Shown piece after piece: positions 9,445-19,059 of a DNA stretch of 35,896 bases. The stretch spans positions 1 to 35,896 of IMG/VR virus record IMGVR_UViG_3300032216_000254; one strand, written 5' to 3'. Each line of letters starts with the position of its first letter. Position 1 is the first letter of the stretch. The notes below the pieces were generated by a model. The model searched no databases. It saw only the letters and a list, made by a program, of their open reading frames with translations, and was not told the origin of the DNA. The DNA comes from a virus. Lineage: Duplodnaviria; Caudoviricetes. The position numbers were made by a program, and so were the translations under genes.

Positions 9445-10557
9445 ATGTTTAAATTACATAATTGGGTAACAAATTTAATTGAATCATTTACATTTTATGG
9501 TGGTGGTAGTGGTAGTGGAGGAGGAGGTTCATCAACTACTTCTACACAACTTGACCCAACTGTAAAACCTTTTGTTAAATATGGATTAGAACAAGCATTA
9601 GGTTTATATAAAGGCAGTACACCACAATATTATTCTGGTCAAACTTATGTTGGACCATCAGGTCAAACTCAAGCAGCATTACAAGCACAACAAGCTAGAG
9701 CATTAGCAGGAAATCCATTATTACCACAAGCTCAACAACAACAATCAGATGTTATTAGTGGTGCTTATTTACAAAACAATCCATACTTTAACCAAGCTAT
9801 GCAAGGTGCAGCACAAGGTGCTCAACAAAACTACTATGATGCTATTAAACAAGCTCAAGGTGGTGCATCTATGGCTGGTCGTTATGGTTCAGGTGTTTCT
9901 GCTGATATTCAGAATCGTGCTGCTACAACAATGTCTAATACATTAGCTAATAAGTATGGTGAATTGGCTTATGGTAATTATGCTGCAGAACGTGCTAGAC
10001 AAGAAGCTGCTGCTGCTGGTGCTCCAGCTATGGCTGCTGCTGATTATACAGATATTAACCAATTAGCTGCTGCTGGTAAAACTGCAGAAGATTATCAAAA
10101 AACTGCATTACAAGCTGATATTGATAGATTTAATTTCCAACAAAATCTTCCATATCAAAAACTATCTGCATTTCTTGGTGCTGCTTATGGCTCACCTCAA
10201 GGTCAAGTATCTACCACACAACAATCACGTGGTGGTAAGATTGTTTGCACAGCAATGAATAAGGCTTATGGCTTTGGTTCATTCCGTCAAGCCATTTGGT
10301 TAGCACAATCTAAAGATTTAGACCCTGCATACGAAAAAGGTTACCATAAACTATTCCAACCATTAGTAAACTATGCTTATAAGAGTGGTGAAAAGAACCC
10401 TCTACAACGCATTTTAAAGGCTATTTTAGAGCATATCGCAAGACACCGTACTGCTGACATCTGGAAACAAAAAAGAGGTAAAAATAGAGATACTTATGGC
10501 ATGATTTATCGTGCTATTCTTGAACCAATTTGCTTTGTAGTAGGAAAGGTAGCCTAA
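9445..10557 (+). CDS. DNA ejection / internal virion protein with C-terminal GGKIVCT domain
   Basis: A/Q/G-rich with a poly-Gly/Ser N-terminal segment. Start moved to the ATG at 9445, just after the upstream stop. Confidence 0.65.
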   Translation: MFKLHNWVTNLIESFTFYGGGSGSGGGGSSTTSTQLDPTVKPFVKYGLEQALGLYKGSTPQYYSGQTYVGPSGQTQAALQAQQARALAGNPLLPQAQQQQSDVISGAYLQNNPYFNQAMQGAAQGAQQNYYDAIKQAQGGASMAGRYGSGVSADIQNRAATTMSNTLANKYGELAYGNYAAERARQEAAAAGAPAMAAADYTDINQLAAAGKTAEDYQKTALQADIDRFNFQQNLPYQKLSAFLGAAYGSPQGQVSTTQQSRGGKIVCTAMNKAYGFGSFRQAIWLAQSKDLDPAYEKGYHKLFQPLVNYAYKSGEKNPLQRILKAILEHIARHRTADIWKQKRGKNRDTYGMIYRAILEPICFVVGKVA

Positions 10558-10559
10558 CT

Positions 10560-11285
10560 ATGGGTATGCCATTATTAATTGGTGCAGGTATCGGTGCTTT
10601 AGGCTCTGCTGCAATGGGTAAAAGCCCATTTACAGGTGCATTACTAGGTGGTGCTACTGGTGGCATGTTAGGCGGTGCAGGTGGTTTATTTGGTGCTGCT
10701 GGTGGTGCTAGTGCTGCTGCACCTGTTGCAGGTGCTGTAGGAACTACAGGTGAAATTGGTGGTGGTTTATTAACTACTGCTGGTGGTTTAGGTGGAGGTT
10801 CTGTTGCATTGCCTGCTGCTACATCTGGTGCATTATCTAGTCCAAGTATTCTAGCAGGTCAAGGTAGCAATCTTACAGGTGCAGGTATGCTTAATGCAGG
10901 TCAAGTTACACCTAGCCTATTAAATTCTGTAGGTGCTGGTGGTGCTATGACTAATGCTGGTGCTATACCATTAACAACAATGGATAGAGTAGGAAATTAT
11001 ATTTCAAATCTTCCAAGTAATGCTATGGATTGGGTTGAAAAGAATCCTTTATCAGCAGGTAAAATGGCTTTAGATGTAGCAACACCTGCTCCACAACAAC
11101 AAATTCAACCATCACAAGGTCAAATATCAAGACCTAATTTTGACCCATCATCTACATTAGTAAATGTATCTCCAAATGTTTCACCTACTTCAGGAAGTAA
11201 AAGAGGTGTAATAGATATGATGGCTCATATTCCAATGACAGATGAAGAACGATTAAGATTACAACAATTAGGTTATCAAGGATAA
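10560..11285 (+). CDS. Gly/Ala-rich ejection protein
   Basis: Hydrophobic glycine-zipper N-terminus (LLIGAGIGALG..GALLGGATGG). Start taken at ATG 10560. Confidence 0.6.
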   Translation: MGMPLLIGAGIGALGSAAMGKSPFTGALLGGATGGMLGGAGGLFGAAGGASAAAPVAGAVGTTGEIGGGLLTTAGGLGGGSVALPAATSGALSSPSILAGQGSNLTGAGMLNAGQVTPSLLNSVGAGGAMTNAGAIPLTTMDRVGNYISNLPSNAMDWVEKNPLSAGKMALDVATPAPQQQIQPSQGQISRPNFDPSSTLVNVSPNVSPTSGSKRGVIDMMAHIPMTDEERLRLQQLGYQG

Positions 11286-11289
11286 TATT

Positions 11290-11985
11290 ATGGCATGGTA
11301 TGATGATATATTAGGAAGCGGTTCAAATATATTTGGTGCTAGAGCACCAGATTATCTTATGGGAAATAATGGTTTATTAGACCAAGCTGCCCAACAAAAA
11401 TTAACACAACGAGCATTAACTTCTGGTCTATTAGGAACTGCATTAACATATTTAGCAATGCCTAAAAATCAAAATTATAAATCAGCACTACCTTATTTAG
11501 GAAAAGCATTTTTAGGTGGTATGCAACAATCTCAAGGTGTATATGACCAAGCTACTCAAGATTATGTAAATGCTGCAAAATTAAAAGATATTCAAACTAC
11601 TACTACAAATAAAGCTACTATTGATAAAGCTATTGCAGATTTAAACGCACAAAAAGCTGCTGGTACTTTACCTAAAAACTTTGACATGGCTAATTGGTAT
11701 CAAACTAATATTGCTCCATATGCTGATAAACCAGAAGACGCATATAAACCTAAATTTCAACTTGTTCATACAGGTGGTCAAATTCAAAGAGTTGATATTA
11801 ATAATCCTCCAGCAACACTTCAAGTTACTCCAACTCCAGTTCAAGCAGATAAAATGGCTAATGCTGGTCTTGGTCCAAATGAAAAACGAATTAATGAGTT
11901 TAGAAAGAAAAATTCATATATTCAAGGTGATGCTGTATGGAATCAAGAATACCCAGACTTTAGTGGTTTTACAATAAGAAATTAA
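11290..11985 (+). CDS. Putative ejection / internal virion protein
   Basis: 231 aa with GLL motifs, within the ejection module. Confidence 0.55.
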   Translation: MAWYDDILGSGSNIFGARAPDYLMGNNGLLDQAAQQKLTQRALTSGLLGTALTYLAMPKNQNYKSALPYLGKAFLGGMQQSQGVYDQATQDYVNAAKLKDIQTTTTNKATIDKAIADLNAQKAAGTLPKNFDMANWYQTNIAPYADKPEDAYKPKFQLVHTGGQIQRVDINNPPATLQVTPTPVQADKMANAGLGPNEKRINEFRKKNSYIQGDAVWNQEYPDFSGFTIRN

Positions 11986-11994
11986 AGGAAAAAT

Positions 11995-12975
11995 ATGCCA
12001 GTCTTTCAGATATTAGGTACTGATGGTAAGATGCACGATGTAGAAGCTCCAGAAGGTGCAACTTACGCACAAGCACAAGATTTTTATAATAAATCTACCA
12101 CAGGTCAATTACAAAATAAACAAGTTGGAAAACCAGTATCTAAAGGTCAACCTGCTATTGATTACAACACATTAACTGGTGAAGAATTTTTAAACTCTAT
12201 TCCACAAGATTTACGTTCTAAAGTTAAAATGATTTCAGAAGGTAAATATCCTATTGGGCAAAGATTTGCTAACTCACCAGCAGGCTCTGAATTATTAACA
12301 TTAGCTTCTCAATATGACCCATCTTTTGATGCAACTGATTTTAATAAGAGAAATAGAACTGCAACAAACTTTGCTTCTGGTGTAGAAGGTCGTGGAGTTA
12401 GAGCAGTTAATCAAACTTTATATCATATGAATAGATTAAATGATTCTATTGACAAATTAAATAATTTTAATAGTTTTGGTAGAATGGCAAATCCTACTGT
12501 AAATTGGTTAGAAGAAAATGTAGCTGGTGATACAAGACAAGGTAAATTTAGACAAGACGTTCATGCTGTAGCATCTGAATTAAGACGTGTATTTGCTTCA
12601 ACTGGTGGTGGTGGTTTAACAGAACTTGAAAAATGGGAACAAGATTTTCCATTAAATGCTACCAAAGAACAACAAAAAGCATACCTTAAAGAAGCAACAG
12701 GTTTATTAGGTGGTGCAATGCAAGCACTTAATGACCAATATACTGCTGGAATGGGTAAAGCACCTACTACTCTTTATAATGAAAAATCTATAAATACATT
12801 ATCTAAAATTAGTCCAGAAGTTGCTCAAGAATTAGGCATTTATAATCCAGATGTAAATAAACAAATTAAAGATAATCAGCAATATAATCTTAATGCTAAT
12901 GCACCTCAAACAACAAGCAAAAGAGTACAAGTTGGAACTTTACCAGATGGCACTCCAATCTATAAAATTCAATAA
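11995..12975 (+). CDS. Putative ejection / internal virion protein
   Basis: 326 aa, helical, AAGGA RBS. Confidence 0.55.
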   Translation: MPVFQILGTDGKMHDVEAPEGATYAQAQDFYNKSTTGQLQNKQVGKPVSKGQPAIDYNTLTGEEFLNSIPQDLRSKVKMISEGKYPIGQRFANSPAGSELLTLASQYDPSFDATDFNKRNRTATNFASGVEGRGVRAVNQTLYHMNRLNDSIDKLNNFNSFGRMANPTVNWLEENVAGDTRQGKFRQDVHAVASELRRVFASTGGGGLTELEKWEQDFPLNATKEQQKAYLKEATGLLGGAMQALNDQYTAGMGKAPTTLYNEKSINTLSKISPEVAQELGIYNPDVNKQIKDNQQYNLNANAPQTTSKRVQVGTLPDGTPIYKIQ

Positions 12976-12986
12976 TAGGAATTAAC

Positions 12987-14636
12987 ATGGCAATTTATGA
13001 AGTAGGTGGCTCTCAATATGAATTACCAGATAGTTTGCAAGGTAAAGCATTATCTGATGCTTTGCAACATATAACTAATCTGCCTAAAGAACAAGCAAAT
13101 GCTAATGCAAAACAATTTGGTGCTGATTATGGATACAATAATGTAACTACATATAATCCACAAGAAGAGTTTGCTAAATCATCTATATTAAATAAATATT
13201 TAATTGGTGGTGGTAAAGCATTAGTTGATACTGGTCGTGGTATTGGAAATCTTGCTAGAGAAGCTATTGGTGTTGTATCACCATCTGCTGCGGAAGCAAC
13301 TGGATTACCTACAAGAAAAGATATTGCTGCATCTAGAGCAAATGATGCTTATATTAATAAATCAACTGCTGCAAATGTTGGCAATGTATTAGCTAATATT
13401 GGTCTTTATGGTGCTGGTGCTGAATTACTTCCTGCGGCAAATACACTTGTTGGTTCTACTGCTTTAGGTGCTGGTTTTGGTGCTATTCAACCAGTAACAG
13501 AAGAAGAAAGTAGACTTAAAAATGCTGCTGTAGGTGGTGCATTAAATGCTGCATTAACTACTGGTGCTCAAGGTATTGGAAACTTTATTAAAAATAAACA
13601 AGCAGCAAATGCTTTTGCACAAGACATTGGAAAAACAAAAGATGAAAGTCTTAAGCGTGCTGTAGATGCAGGATATGTTGTTCCTCCAACTATGGCTCGT
13701 GGTGGAACTTTATCAAAAATGGGTGAATCTCTTTCTGGTGGTTATAAAACTATAGAAGCTGCACAAATTAAAAACCAAGCTAATACAAATAGATTAATTA
13801 ATAATTATTTAAATTTACCAGAAAATACAGCATTAGGTGAAGATGTTTTAGATGCACTTAAAACACAACATGGTCAAGCATATGCTGATATTGCAGCACT
13901 TCCATCAGTTGAAACAAGAGTTCCTAGCGGTTTTAGCCATAATCTTTTAGAAACAACTTATGAAACAAAAACAATTCCAAATGGTGCTACTTTGTTAGAA
14001 AAATTAAAAGCTGCCAGAGCAGATGCAAAAGATTATTGGCAAGCATATAATAGGTCTGCACACCCAACAGATAAAGTAACAGCAAAAGCGTTAGATTTAA
14101 AAGCAAGCAAACTTGAAAATGAACTTGAACAACTTGCTATTGCACATAATCAACCACAATTAGTTGCTAATTTAAGACAGGCTAGACAAGATTTAGCTAA
14201 AGTATATACAGTTGAAAAAGCTATGAATGGTGAAACTGGTGATGTTAGTGCTATTGCTTTAAAACGTTTATATAAAAATAATGTTCCATTAACAGGTGAG
14301 GCTGAACAAATTGCTAAATTTGCTAAAGGATTTGAAGATGCAGCTAAAGTTCCAAAACGAGGAACAGCTACAAATTGGAGTCCATACGATATTGGAGTAT
14401 CAAGTATTGTTAAAGGTAAATTAGCTGGACTTAATTTAGTTGGTAGACCATTAGCTAGAAAAACAATTCTATCTCAACCTGCACAACAAATGATGGCAAA
14501 TAAAAATTATGCTTTAAATCCATTAGAAAGTGCTATTGGCAATTTAATTAATAACCCATCTATTGCAAACAAACTTATATCTAAAACATCTCTTCCTGTT
14601 ATTCAAGGAAGTTTATTAGGAAATAGTAATGAGTAA
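12987..14636 (+). CDS. Large ejection (DNA transfer) protein
   Basis: 549 aa, Ala/Gly-rich with a hydrophobic hairpin-like segment. Last gene of the virion module. Confidence 0.6.
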   Translation: MAIYEVGGSQYELPDSLQGKALSDALQHITNLPKEQANANAKQFGADYGYNNVTTYNPQEEFAKSSILNKYLIGGGKALVDTGRGIGNLAREAIGVVSPSAAEATGLPTRKDIAASRANDAYINKSTAANVGNVLANIGLYGAGAELLPAANTLVGSTALGAGFGAIQPVTEEESRLKNAAVGGALNAALTTGAQGIGNFIKNKQAANAFAQDIGKTKDESLKRAVDAGYVVPPTMARGGTLSKMGESLSGGYKTIEAAQIKNQANTNRLINNYLNLPENTALGEDVLDALKTQHGQAYADIAALPSVETRVPSGFSHNLLETTYETKTIPNGATLLEKLKAARADAKDYWQAYNRSAHPTDKVTAKALDLKASKLENELEQLAIAHNQPQLVANLRQARQDLAKVYTVEKAMNGETGDVSAIALKRLYKNNVPLTGEAEQIAKFAKGFEDAAKVPKRGTATNWSPYDIGVSSIVKGKLAGLNLVGRPLARKTILSQPAQQMMANKNYALNPLESAIGNLINNPSIANKLISKTSLPVIQGSLLGNSNE

Positions 14637-14838
14637 CGAAATTGACCCAATACAATATGGCAAACTCATTGCCCAAGTACAAAACCTTCAAGACAAAGTA
14701 GAAAATTTAGAAACAGATATTAAAACACTTTTAGAGCTTGCTAATAAATCAAAAGGTGGATTCTGGGCTGGAATGGCTATTGCTTCTGCTATAGGTGGAT
14801 TTGTAACATTTATTGCTAATCATTGGATTATAAAATGA
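14629..14838 (+). CDS. Coiled-coil plus C-terminal TM protein (holin/XhlA-like)
   Basis: 69 aa with heptad repeats followed by GGFWAGMAIASAIGGFVTFI. Confidence 0.55.
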   Translation: MSNEIDPIQYGKLIAQVQNLQDKVENLETDIKTLLELANKSKGGFWAGMAIASAIGGFVTFIANHWIIK

Positions 14839-15194
14839 CATTCATTACAGAAAACAATATCGCCAATCTTTATTCGGCTTTGATAGAGTTTCCTGTATTT
14901 GATGAGTATAAATTCCCTCCTGCATCTAAAGTAGATTTTGTAGTAAATAATGACCCAGAAATTTATGGTGAATATGCTCCACCAGAAAGTGGTGAACCAC
15001 ATACCATTACCATCAGCACAGCTAAATGTGGTCATTTAGATACAGTCATAAAAACTCTTATGCACGAACTTATCCACATGGCAATCTATATACAATATCC
15101 CAATACAGAACGCTATGTAAAACACGCAGGTTTATTCAAAAAACTTCAAAAACGAGTAGCCACAAAATATGGCTATGACCCAAAGGAGCTTTAA
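14835..15194 (+). CDS. SprT-like zinc metallopeptidase
   Basis: TLMHELIH (HExxH) and downstream H...F motif. ATG overlaps the upstream stop (ATGA). Confidence 0.65.
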   Translation: MTFITENNIANLYSALIEFPVFDEYKFPPASKVDFVVNNDPEIYGEYAPPESGEPHTITISTAKCGHLDTVIKTLMHELIHMAIYIQYPNTERYVKHAGLFKKLQKRVATKYGYDPKEL

Positions 15195-15580
15195 TGTTCA
15201 GTTCAATCTTATCTTTAATATTACCAGCTTTAGTTCCAGCATTTGCTGATGGTGCTAGAGGTATCATCGCTAAATTTACAGGTGGTGCTGGTGGACAACC
15301 ACAAAATCTTCAAGAACGTATTCAGCTTATGCAAGCTGAAACAGAGAAACTTAAAGCATTGGCAGCATTAGATTCACCAACAGGCGAACCAAGCAAATGG
15401 ATTATTGATTTAAGAGCTTGTTATCGTTATGTCATTATTACATTTATTCTTATTGCTACAATATTTGTAGTTTATTCACCTAATATTTCAACATCTATTG
15501 TTTCAGTATTTTTAGATATGACTGGAGCATGTATGTCGTTTATAATTGGTGAAAGAATGTATTTAGCAATCAAAAAATAA
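15194..15580 (+). CDS. Putative holin (3TM-like)
   Basis: 128 aa with three hydrophobic segments and a C-terminal F..GER motif, next to the endolysin candidate. Confidence 0.6.
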   Translation: MFSSILSLILPALVPAFADGARGIIAKFTGGAGGQPQNLQERIQLMQAETEKLKALAALDSPTGEPSKWIIDLRACYRYVIITFILIATIFVVYSPNISTSIVSVFLDMTGACMSFIIGERMYLAIKK

Positions 15581-15587
15581 GGATAAT

Positions 15588-15746
15588 ATGATAGTTCTTC
15601 ACTTTATGAATTTTATTGGCTTGTCATTTCTTAAATTAATTATTGTTGCTTTATTATTTATTGCTATGGGATTCTCTTTAGCATTTATGATGGCTATGGA
15701 ATCATTAACATACGCATTGGAATACATTAATTCATATGTTGATTGA
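15588..15746 (+). CDS. Small membrane protein in the lysis module (not in ORF track)
   Basis: 52 aa MIVLHFMNFIGLSFLKLIIVALLFIAMGFSLAFMM..., AAGGA RBS, fills the gap between neighbours. Confidence 0.55.
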   Translation: MIVLHFMNFIGLSFLKLIIVALLFIAMGFSLAFMMAMESLTYALEYINSYVD

Positions 15747-16125
15747 AGTAAAACGATTTGATTTTAAAGACAATTATACTGCTGGTCGCATGTATATAGA
15801 TAATTTATATTTTTGCTATACTCTAGAAGATGTTGTTAGAGAAGGAGTTAAAATAGATGGACAAACAGCTATTCCTGCTGGAACTTATGATGTTATTATT
15901 GATGATTCTACTCGTTTTGGTAGACCAATGCCACATATTCTTAATGTACCTAACTTTAAAGGCGTAAGAATCCATTCTGGCAATACTTCTAAAGATACAG
16001 AAGGATGTATATTACTTGGTGCTAGTTATGCTGGTAAAGACTTCATAGGCAACTCTAAAAACTCTTTTGATATATTCTTTGAAAAACTTAAGGCAGCTAA
16101 AACTGCAACTATCAAAATATGGTAG
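15736..16125 (+). CDS. DUF5675-family putative endolysin (L,D-transpeptidase-like fold)
   Basis: CYTLED, TAIPAGTY and IHSGNT..DTEGCIL motifs, beside holin candidates. Confidence 0.75.
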   Translation: MLIEVKRFDFKDNYTAGRMYIDNLYFCYTLEDVVREGVKIDGQTAIPAGTYDVIIDDSTRFGRPMPHILNVPNFKGVRIHSGNTSKDTEGCILLGASYAGKDFIGNSKNSFDIFFEKLKAAKTATIKIW

Positions 16126-16226
16126 AGTATTTAATCTGTGACATACTTTGTGCAATTGAACATTTCAAGTATATATTACTGTTTTTAATAGTATTTCTAG
16201 TATATAATAAAGCATCTAACTACTAG
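16119..16226 (+). CDS. Possible small membrane peptide (not in ORF track)
   Basis: 35 aa with hydrophobic YILLFLIVFLVY, fills the intergenic gap. No clear RBS. Confidence 0.3.
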   Translation: MVEYLICDILCAIEHFKYILLFLIVFLVYNKASNY

Positions 16227-16234
16227 AGACCACT

Positions 16235-16972
16235 ATGAAAATTTTGATGATTGATATAGAAGTATCCCCTAATACGGCACATGTATGGGGCATCTATGAC
16301 CAAAACATTTCTATCAACCAGTTATTAGAATCATCCTATACGTTATGCTATGCAGCTAAATGGTATGGTGAATCTAAAATTATGTTTGACTCCATTCAAA
16401 AATCTGGTAAGAAAAAGATGCTTGAATCAGTTCACAAATTATTAGATGAAGCTGATGCCATAGTCCATTATAATGGCTCTAGATTTGATATACCAATACT
16501 ACAGAAAGAGTTTTTACTTTCTGGTATGCCACCACCAGCACCATCTAAACAAATAGATTTATTACAAGTTGCAAGAAGACAATTTAGGTTTGTTTCTAAT
16601 AAACTAGACTATGTATCACAAGCTCTTGGGTTAGGTAGTAAGACAGAGCATGAAGGACATACTTTATGGGTCAAGTGTATGAATGATGACCGTAAAGCAT
16701 GGAAGACTATGGAAGAGTACAATAAAAACGATGTTGTATTGTTAGAGAAAGTATACGATAAATTTAAGGCATGGATTAAATCACATCCTAACCATAATGC
16801 GTATTCCGCAAATTCTTGTTGTCCAAATTGCGGTTCTAGCAAATTACATAAGCGTGGTACTGCTATTACTACAACTAGACATTATCAGAGGTTTCAATGC
16901 CAGCAATGTGGGACATGGAGTCGAGCAGCGAAGGCGGAACAACGATACAAAGAGTCCGTTATCAGCATATAA
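16235..16972 (+). CDS. RNase H-like (DEDD) 3'-5' exonuclease with C-terminal zinc ribbon
   Basis: DIE, HYNG..FD, NKLD and YN..DV motifs. CPNC...CQQC at the C-terminus. Confidence 0.8.
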   Translation: MKILMIDIEVSPNTAHVWGIYDQNISINQLLESSYTLCYAAKWYGESKIMFDSIQKSGKKKMLESVHKLLDEADAIVHYNGSRFDIPILQKEFLLSGMPPPAPSKQIDLLQVARRQFRFVSNKLDYVSQALGLGSKTEHEGHTLWVKCMNDDRKAWKTMEEYNKNDVVLLEKVYDKFKAWIKSHPNHNAYSANSCCPNCGSSKLHKRGTAITTTRHYQRFQCQQCGTWSRAAKAEQRYKESVISI

Positions 16973-16980
16973 GGAAAATT

Positions 16981-17148
16981 ATGAATATTGAGAAGTTATG
17001 TGAGCACATTGTAGGAAAAATGATAGTAGAAGCAGATTCCTACTATGGTGAAGATGTGCTTATTTTAGTATTAGATGACGGAAGCCACATCGAAATTAGT
17101 GGTGATGGGCTTTCCGTTTATTCAGAAGTACCAGAACTAGACGATTAA
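16981..17148 (+). CDS. Small acidic hypothetical protein
   Basis: 55 aa starting MNIEKLCEHIVGK, with AAGGA RBS before ATG 16981. Confidence 0.55.
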   Translation: MNIEKLCEHIVGKMIVEADSYYGEDVLILVLDDGSHIEISGDGLSVYSEVPELDD

Positions 17149-17502
17149 TTTATACCATTCATTAATATAGTTTTTTAATCCATCTATTCCGTTACCCACT
17201 ATAATTAATTTATCTTGGGTAACTTCATAAAAGTTATTTATTTCAATTCCAGTATGGTCACTATATCCATTAATAACTAATACAGTTATTTTTTGTATAT
17301 TAGCAAATGCTTTTAATAATATCTTTTGACCTAATGAAATCTCTTCATCCTCTCGTTTCCATTCTCCAATAAGAAAATTTCCACGTCTTTCAAAAACCAT
17401 GTCAATATTAGATGGCATGGCTTTAGGATTGTCTTGTATAACATTTCTTAAAAATCCAAAATCAGTATGACTAGCAAACGGATTCCTCATACCATTAGAC
17501 AC
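17137..17502 (-). CDS. PD-(D/E)xK-like nuclease-fold protein
   Basis: NID...FLIGEWK...S.GQ pattern matches the D..ExK catalytic layout. Confidence 0.5.
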   Translation of the reverse strand: MSNGMRNPFASHTDFGFLRNVIQDNPKAMPSNIDMVFERRGNFLIGEWKREDEEISLGQKILLKAFANIQKITVLVINGYSDHTGIEINNFYEVTQDKLIIVGNGIDGLKNYINEWYKLIV

Positions 17503-17647
17503 AAATAATCATGCCTTGTCCTGTAGTGCATACAGTAACAGTTCCATTAGGTGAAAATATAGTTGTCGTTTCTGCTAACACTTTTTCTGTAGCAAAAATA
17601 GCTAATGCAGCAATAACTACAATAAACAATAAATGAATTTTAGTCAT
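17495..17647 (-). CDS. Secreted mini-protein with signal peptide and two Cys (not in ORF track)
   Basis: 50 aa MTKIHLLFIVVIAALAIFATEKVLA|ETTTIFSPNGTVTVCTTGQGMIICV, overlapping both neighbours by 8 nt. Confidence 0.65.
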   Translation of the reverse strand: MTKIHLLFIVVIAALAIFATEKVLAETTTIFSPNGTVTVCTTGQGMIICV

Positions 17648-17918
17648 CTGTCATTTCCAATCTTTGTAGTTGTGCAGTAACTTCTGGAGGATTAATAGCC
17701 TCTTCATCACGCATAGTTTCTACAAGTTTATTTTTATACCATTCAGATTTAGCTAAATCTTCCTCTGGTCTGCCTTTAAATGGGTATCTTAAATCATACT
17801 TCAATTTAGAACCTTTTAGATAACCAATAAACTCTTCTTTTGTTAAACGACTAGCAATAATATCTATTGCCTCTAATCCACCTACCAAATAGTGCTTTGG
17901 ATGATTTACATTATCCAT
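17640..17918 (-). CDS. DUF3310 (SaV-like / T7 gp1.7-related) protein
   Basis: DNVNHPKHY..GGLEAIDII, KY..R...KG..EDL.K..WY motifs. Confidence 0.85.
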   Translation of the reverse strand: MDNVNHPKHYLVGGLEAIDIIASRLTKEEFIGYLKGSKLKYDLRYPFKGRPEEDLAKSEWYKNKLVETMRDEEAINPPEVTAQLQRLEMTDD

Positions 17919-18186
17919 GTACTGCCTCCTTTATTAAAGATTTTTTAATGCGATTTGCTGTGTTTCCCATTCTTGCTACCATAGTCTTACTTAATGTTGG
18001 TTTTAATCTTAATAAACCTTTATCTTGCAATTCTTTCAACTTAATACCATTCATCTTAAAATGTCTTCTAACATCTGTATTTGTTCTGCATAATGGAGAA
18101 TTTATAAACGTTTGTATTTCATCTATTAATTGTCTATTATAACTTCTTGGTGCACCCATATTACACTCCATATTGATTATTGTCAA
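17911..18186 (-). CDS. Hypothetical basic protein (HTH-like)
   Basis: ORF tiles the operon. Start codon uncertain. Confidence 0.5.
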   Translation of the reverse strand: MTIINMECNMGAPRSYNRQLIDEIQTFINSPLCRTNTDVRRHFKMNGIKLKELQDKGLLRLKPTLSKTMVARMGNTANRIKKSLIKEAVHG

Positions 18187-18191
18187 TTAAC

Positions 18192-18923
18192 TTATACTAA
18201 TCTTCCACTATATTGATAAGTTCCTGTATGGACTAATTGTGCCCATGCAGCACCCCAAACTTTAATTCCATTGTCTCTAGCTAATTTACAGAAATGATAG
18301 TCTTCAGATAATAACTTCTTATCTTCATCAATGCTAGTAGCAAAGTACTCAACAATTTCATCACCTAAATCAGAATTATTAACAGTATCATTCATATTAT
18401 GAATATATTTAGGACACTTGTCTTTTAGTTTATTAAACACTTCACGCTTAATAACCATGAATCCTGTGCCACCATGTTTAATCTCAAAAGGTTTATCTAA
18501 TGGTACTAATTGTTCTTTAATATCACCAACCATATTTACCACATATTCACCTGTAAAATATTTAAGTTGATTTTCTGGAACATTTTTTTTAATAGCAAAT
18601 GCTAGTGAACCAAAGTTAATTTCTTTTTTAGGGTAAAGACCACAGATAATATCTACATTTGAATCAATCATTTTAAATAAATGTTCTGGATTAAAATTAA
18701 TATCAGCATCAATAAATATCATATGAGTGCAATCAGATTTTAAAAAATCATTAACTAATGTATTTCTACCACGAGTGATAAGGCTTTCATTATATAGAAA
18801 TGAAAAATAAGCATCTATATCTTTAGCAATAAGATGTGCTTGTAGGCTTAATATAGACTCCATATAGGTTCCATAACATAAACCTCCATACATAGGAGTT
18901 GCTATAAATAAATTAGGTTTCAT
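18192..18923 (-). CDS. GT-A fold glycosyltransferase-like protein
   Basis: IATPMY, ESLITRGRN, FIDADI (DxD), GTGFMVIKR.VF and SEDY.FC motifs. Confidence 0.75.
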   Translation of the reverse strand: MKPNLFIATPMYGGLCYGTYMESILSLQAHLIAKDIDAYFSFLYNESLITRGRNTLVNDFLKSDCTHMIFIDADINFNPEHLFKMIDSNVDIICGLYPKKEINFGSLAFAIKKNVPENQLKYFTGEYVVNMVGDIKEQLVPLDKPFEIKHGGTGFMVIKREVFNKLKDKCPKYIHNMNDTVNNSDLGDEIVEYFATSIDEDKKLLSEDYHFCKLARDNGIKVWGAAWAQLVHTGTYQYSGRLV

Positions 18924-19059
18924 ACTTTACTCCATGTAATTGTTCTATAATTCTTGCAAATCTAATCATTCTATCTATTGTCATTGGCTCATATCTAGTT
19001 GGAAAAACCATATTATAAGCATCAATTATTTGTTCTTGTGTAAGTGGTTTATAGTCCAC
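18913..19059 (-). CDS. Small hypothetical protein (not in ORF track)
   Basis: 48 aa, GTG start with GGAGG RBS. KPLTQEQI...FARIIEQLHG pattern recurs in small phage proteins. Confidence 0.6.
   Translation of the reverse strand: MDYKPLTQEQIIDAYNMVFPTRYEPMTIDRMIRFARIIEQLHGVKYET

Noticed and set aside
9749-11977. Alternate-frame + strand ORFs at 9749 and 11681
   Set aside because: Fully nested in larger genes, with Leu/Lys/Met-rich composition typical of off-frame reading.
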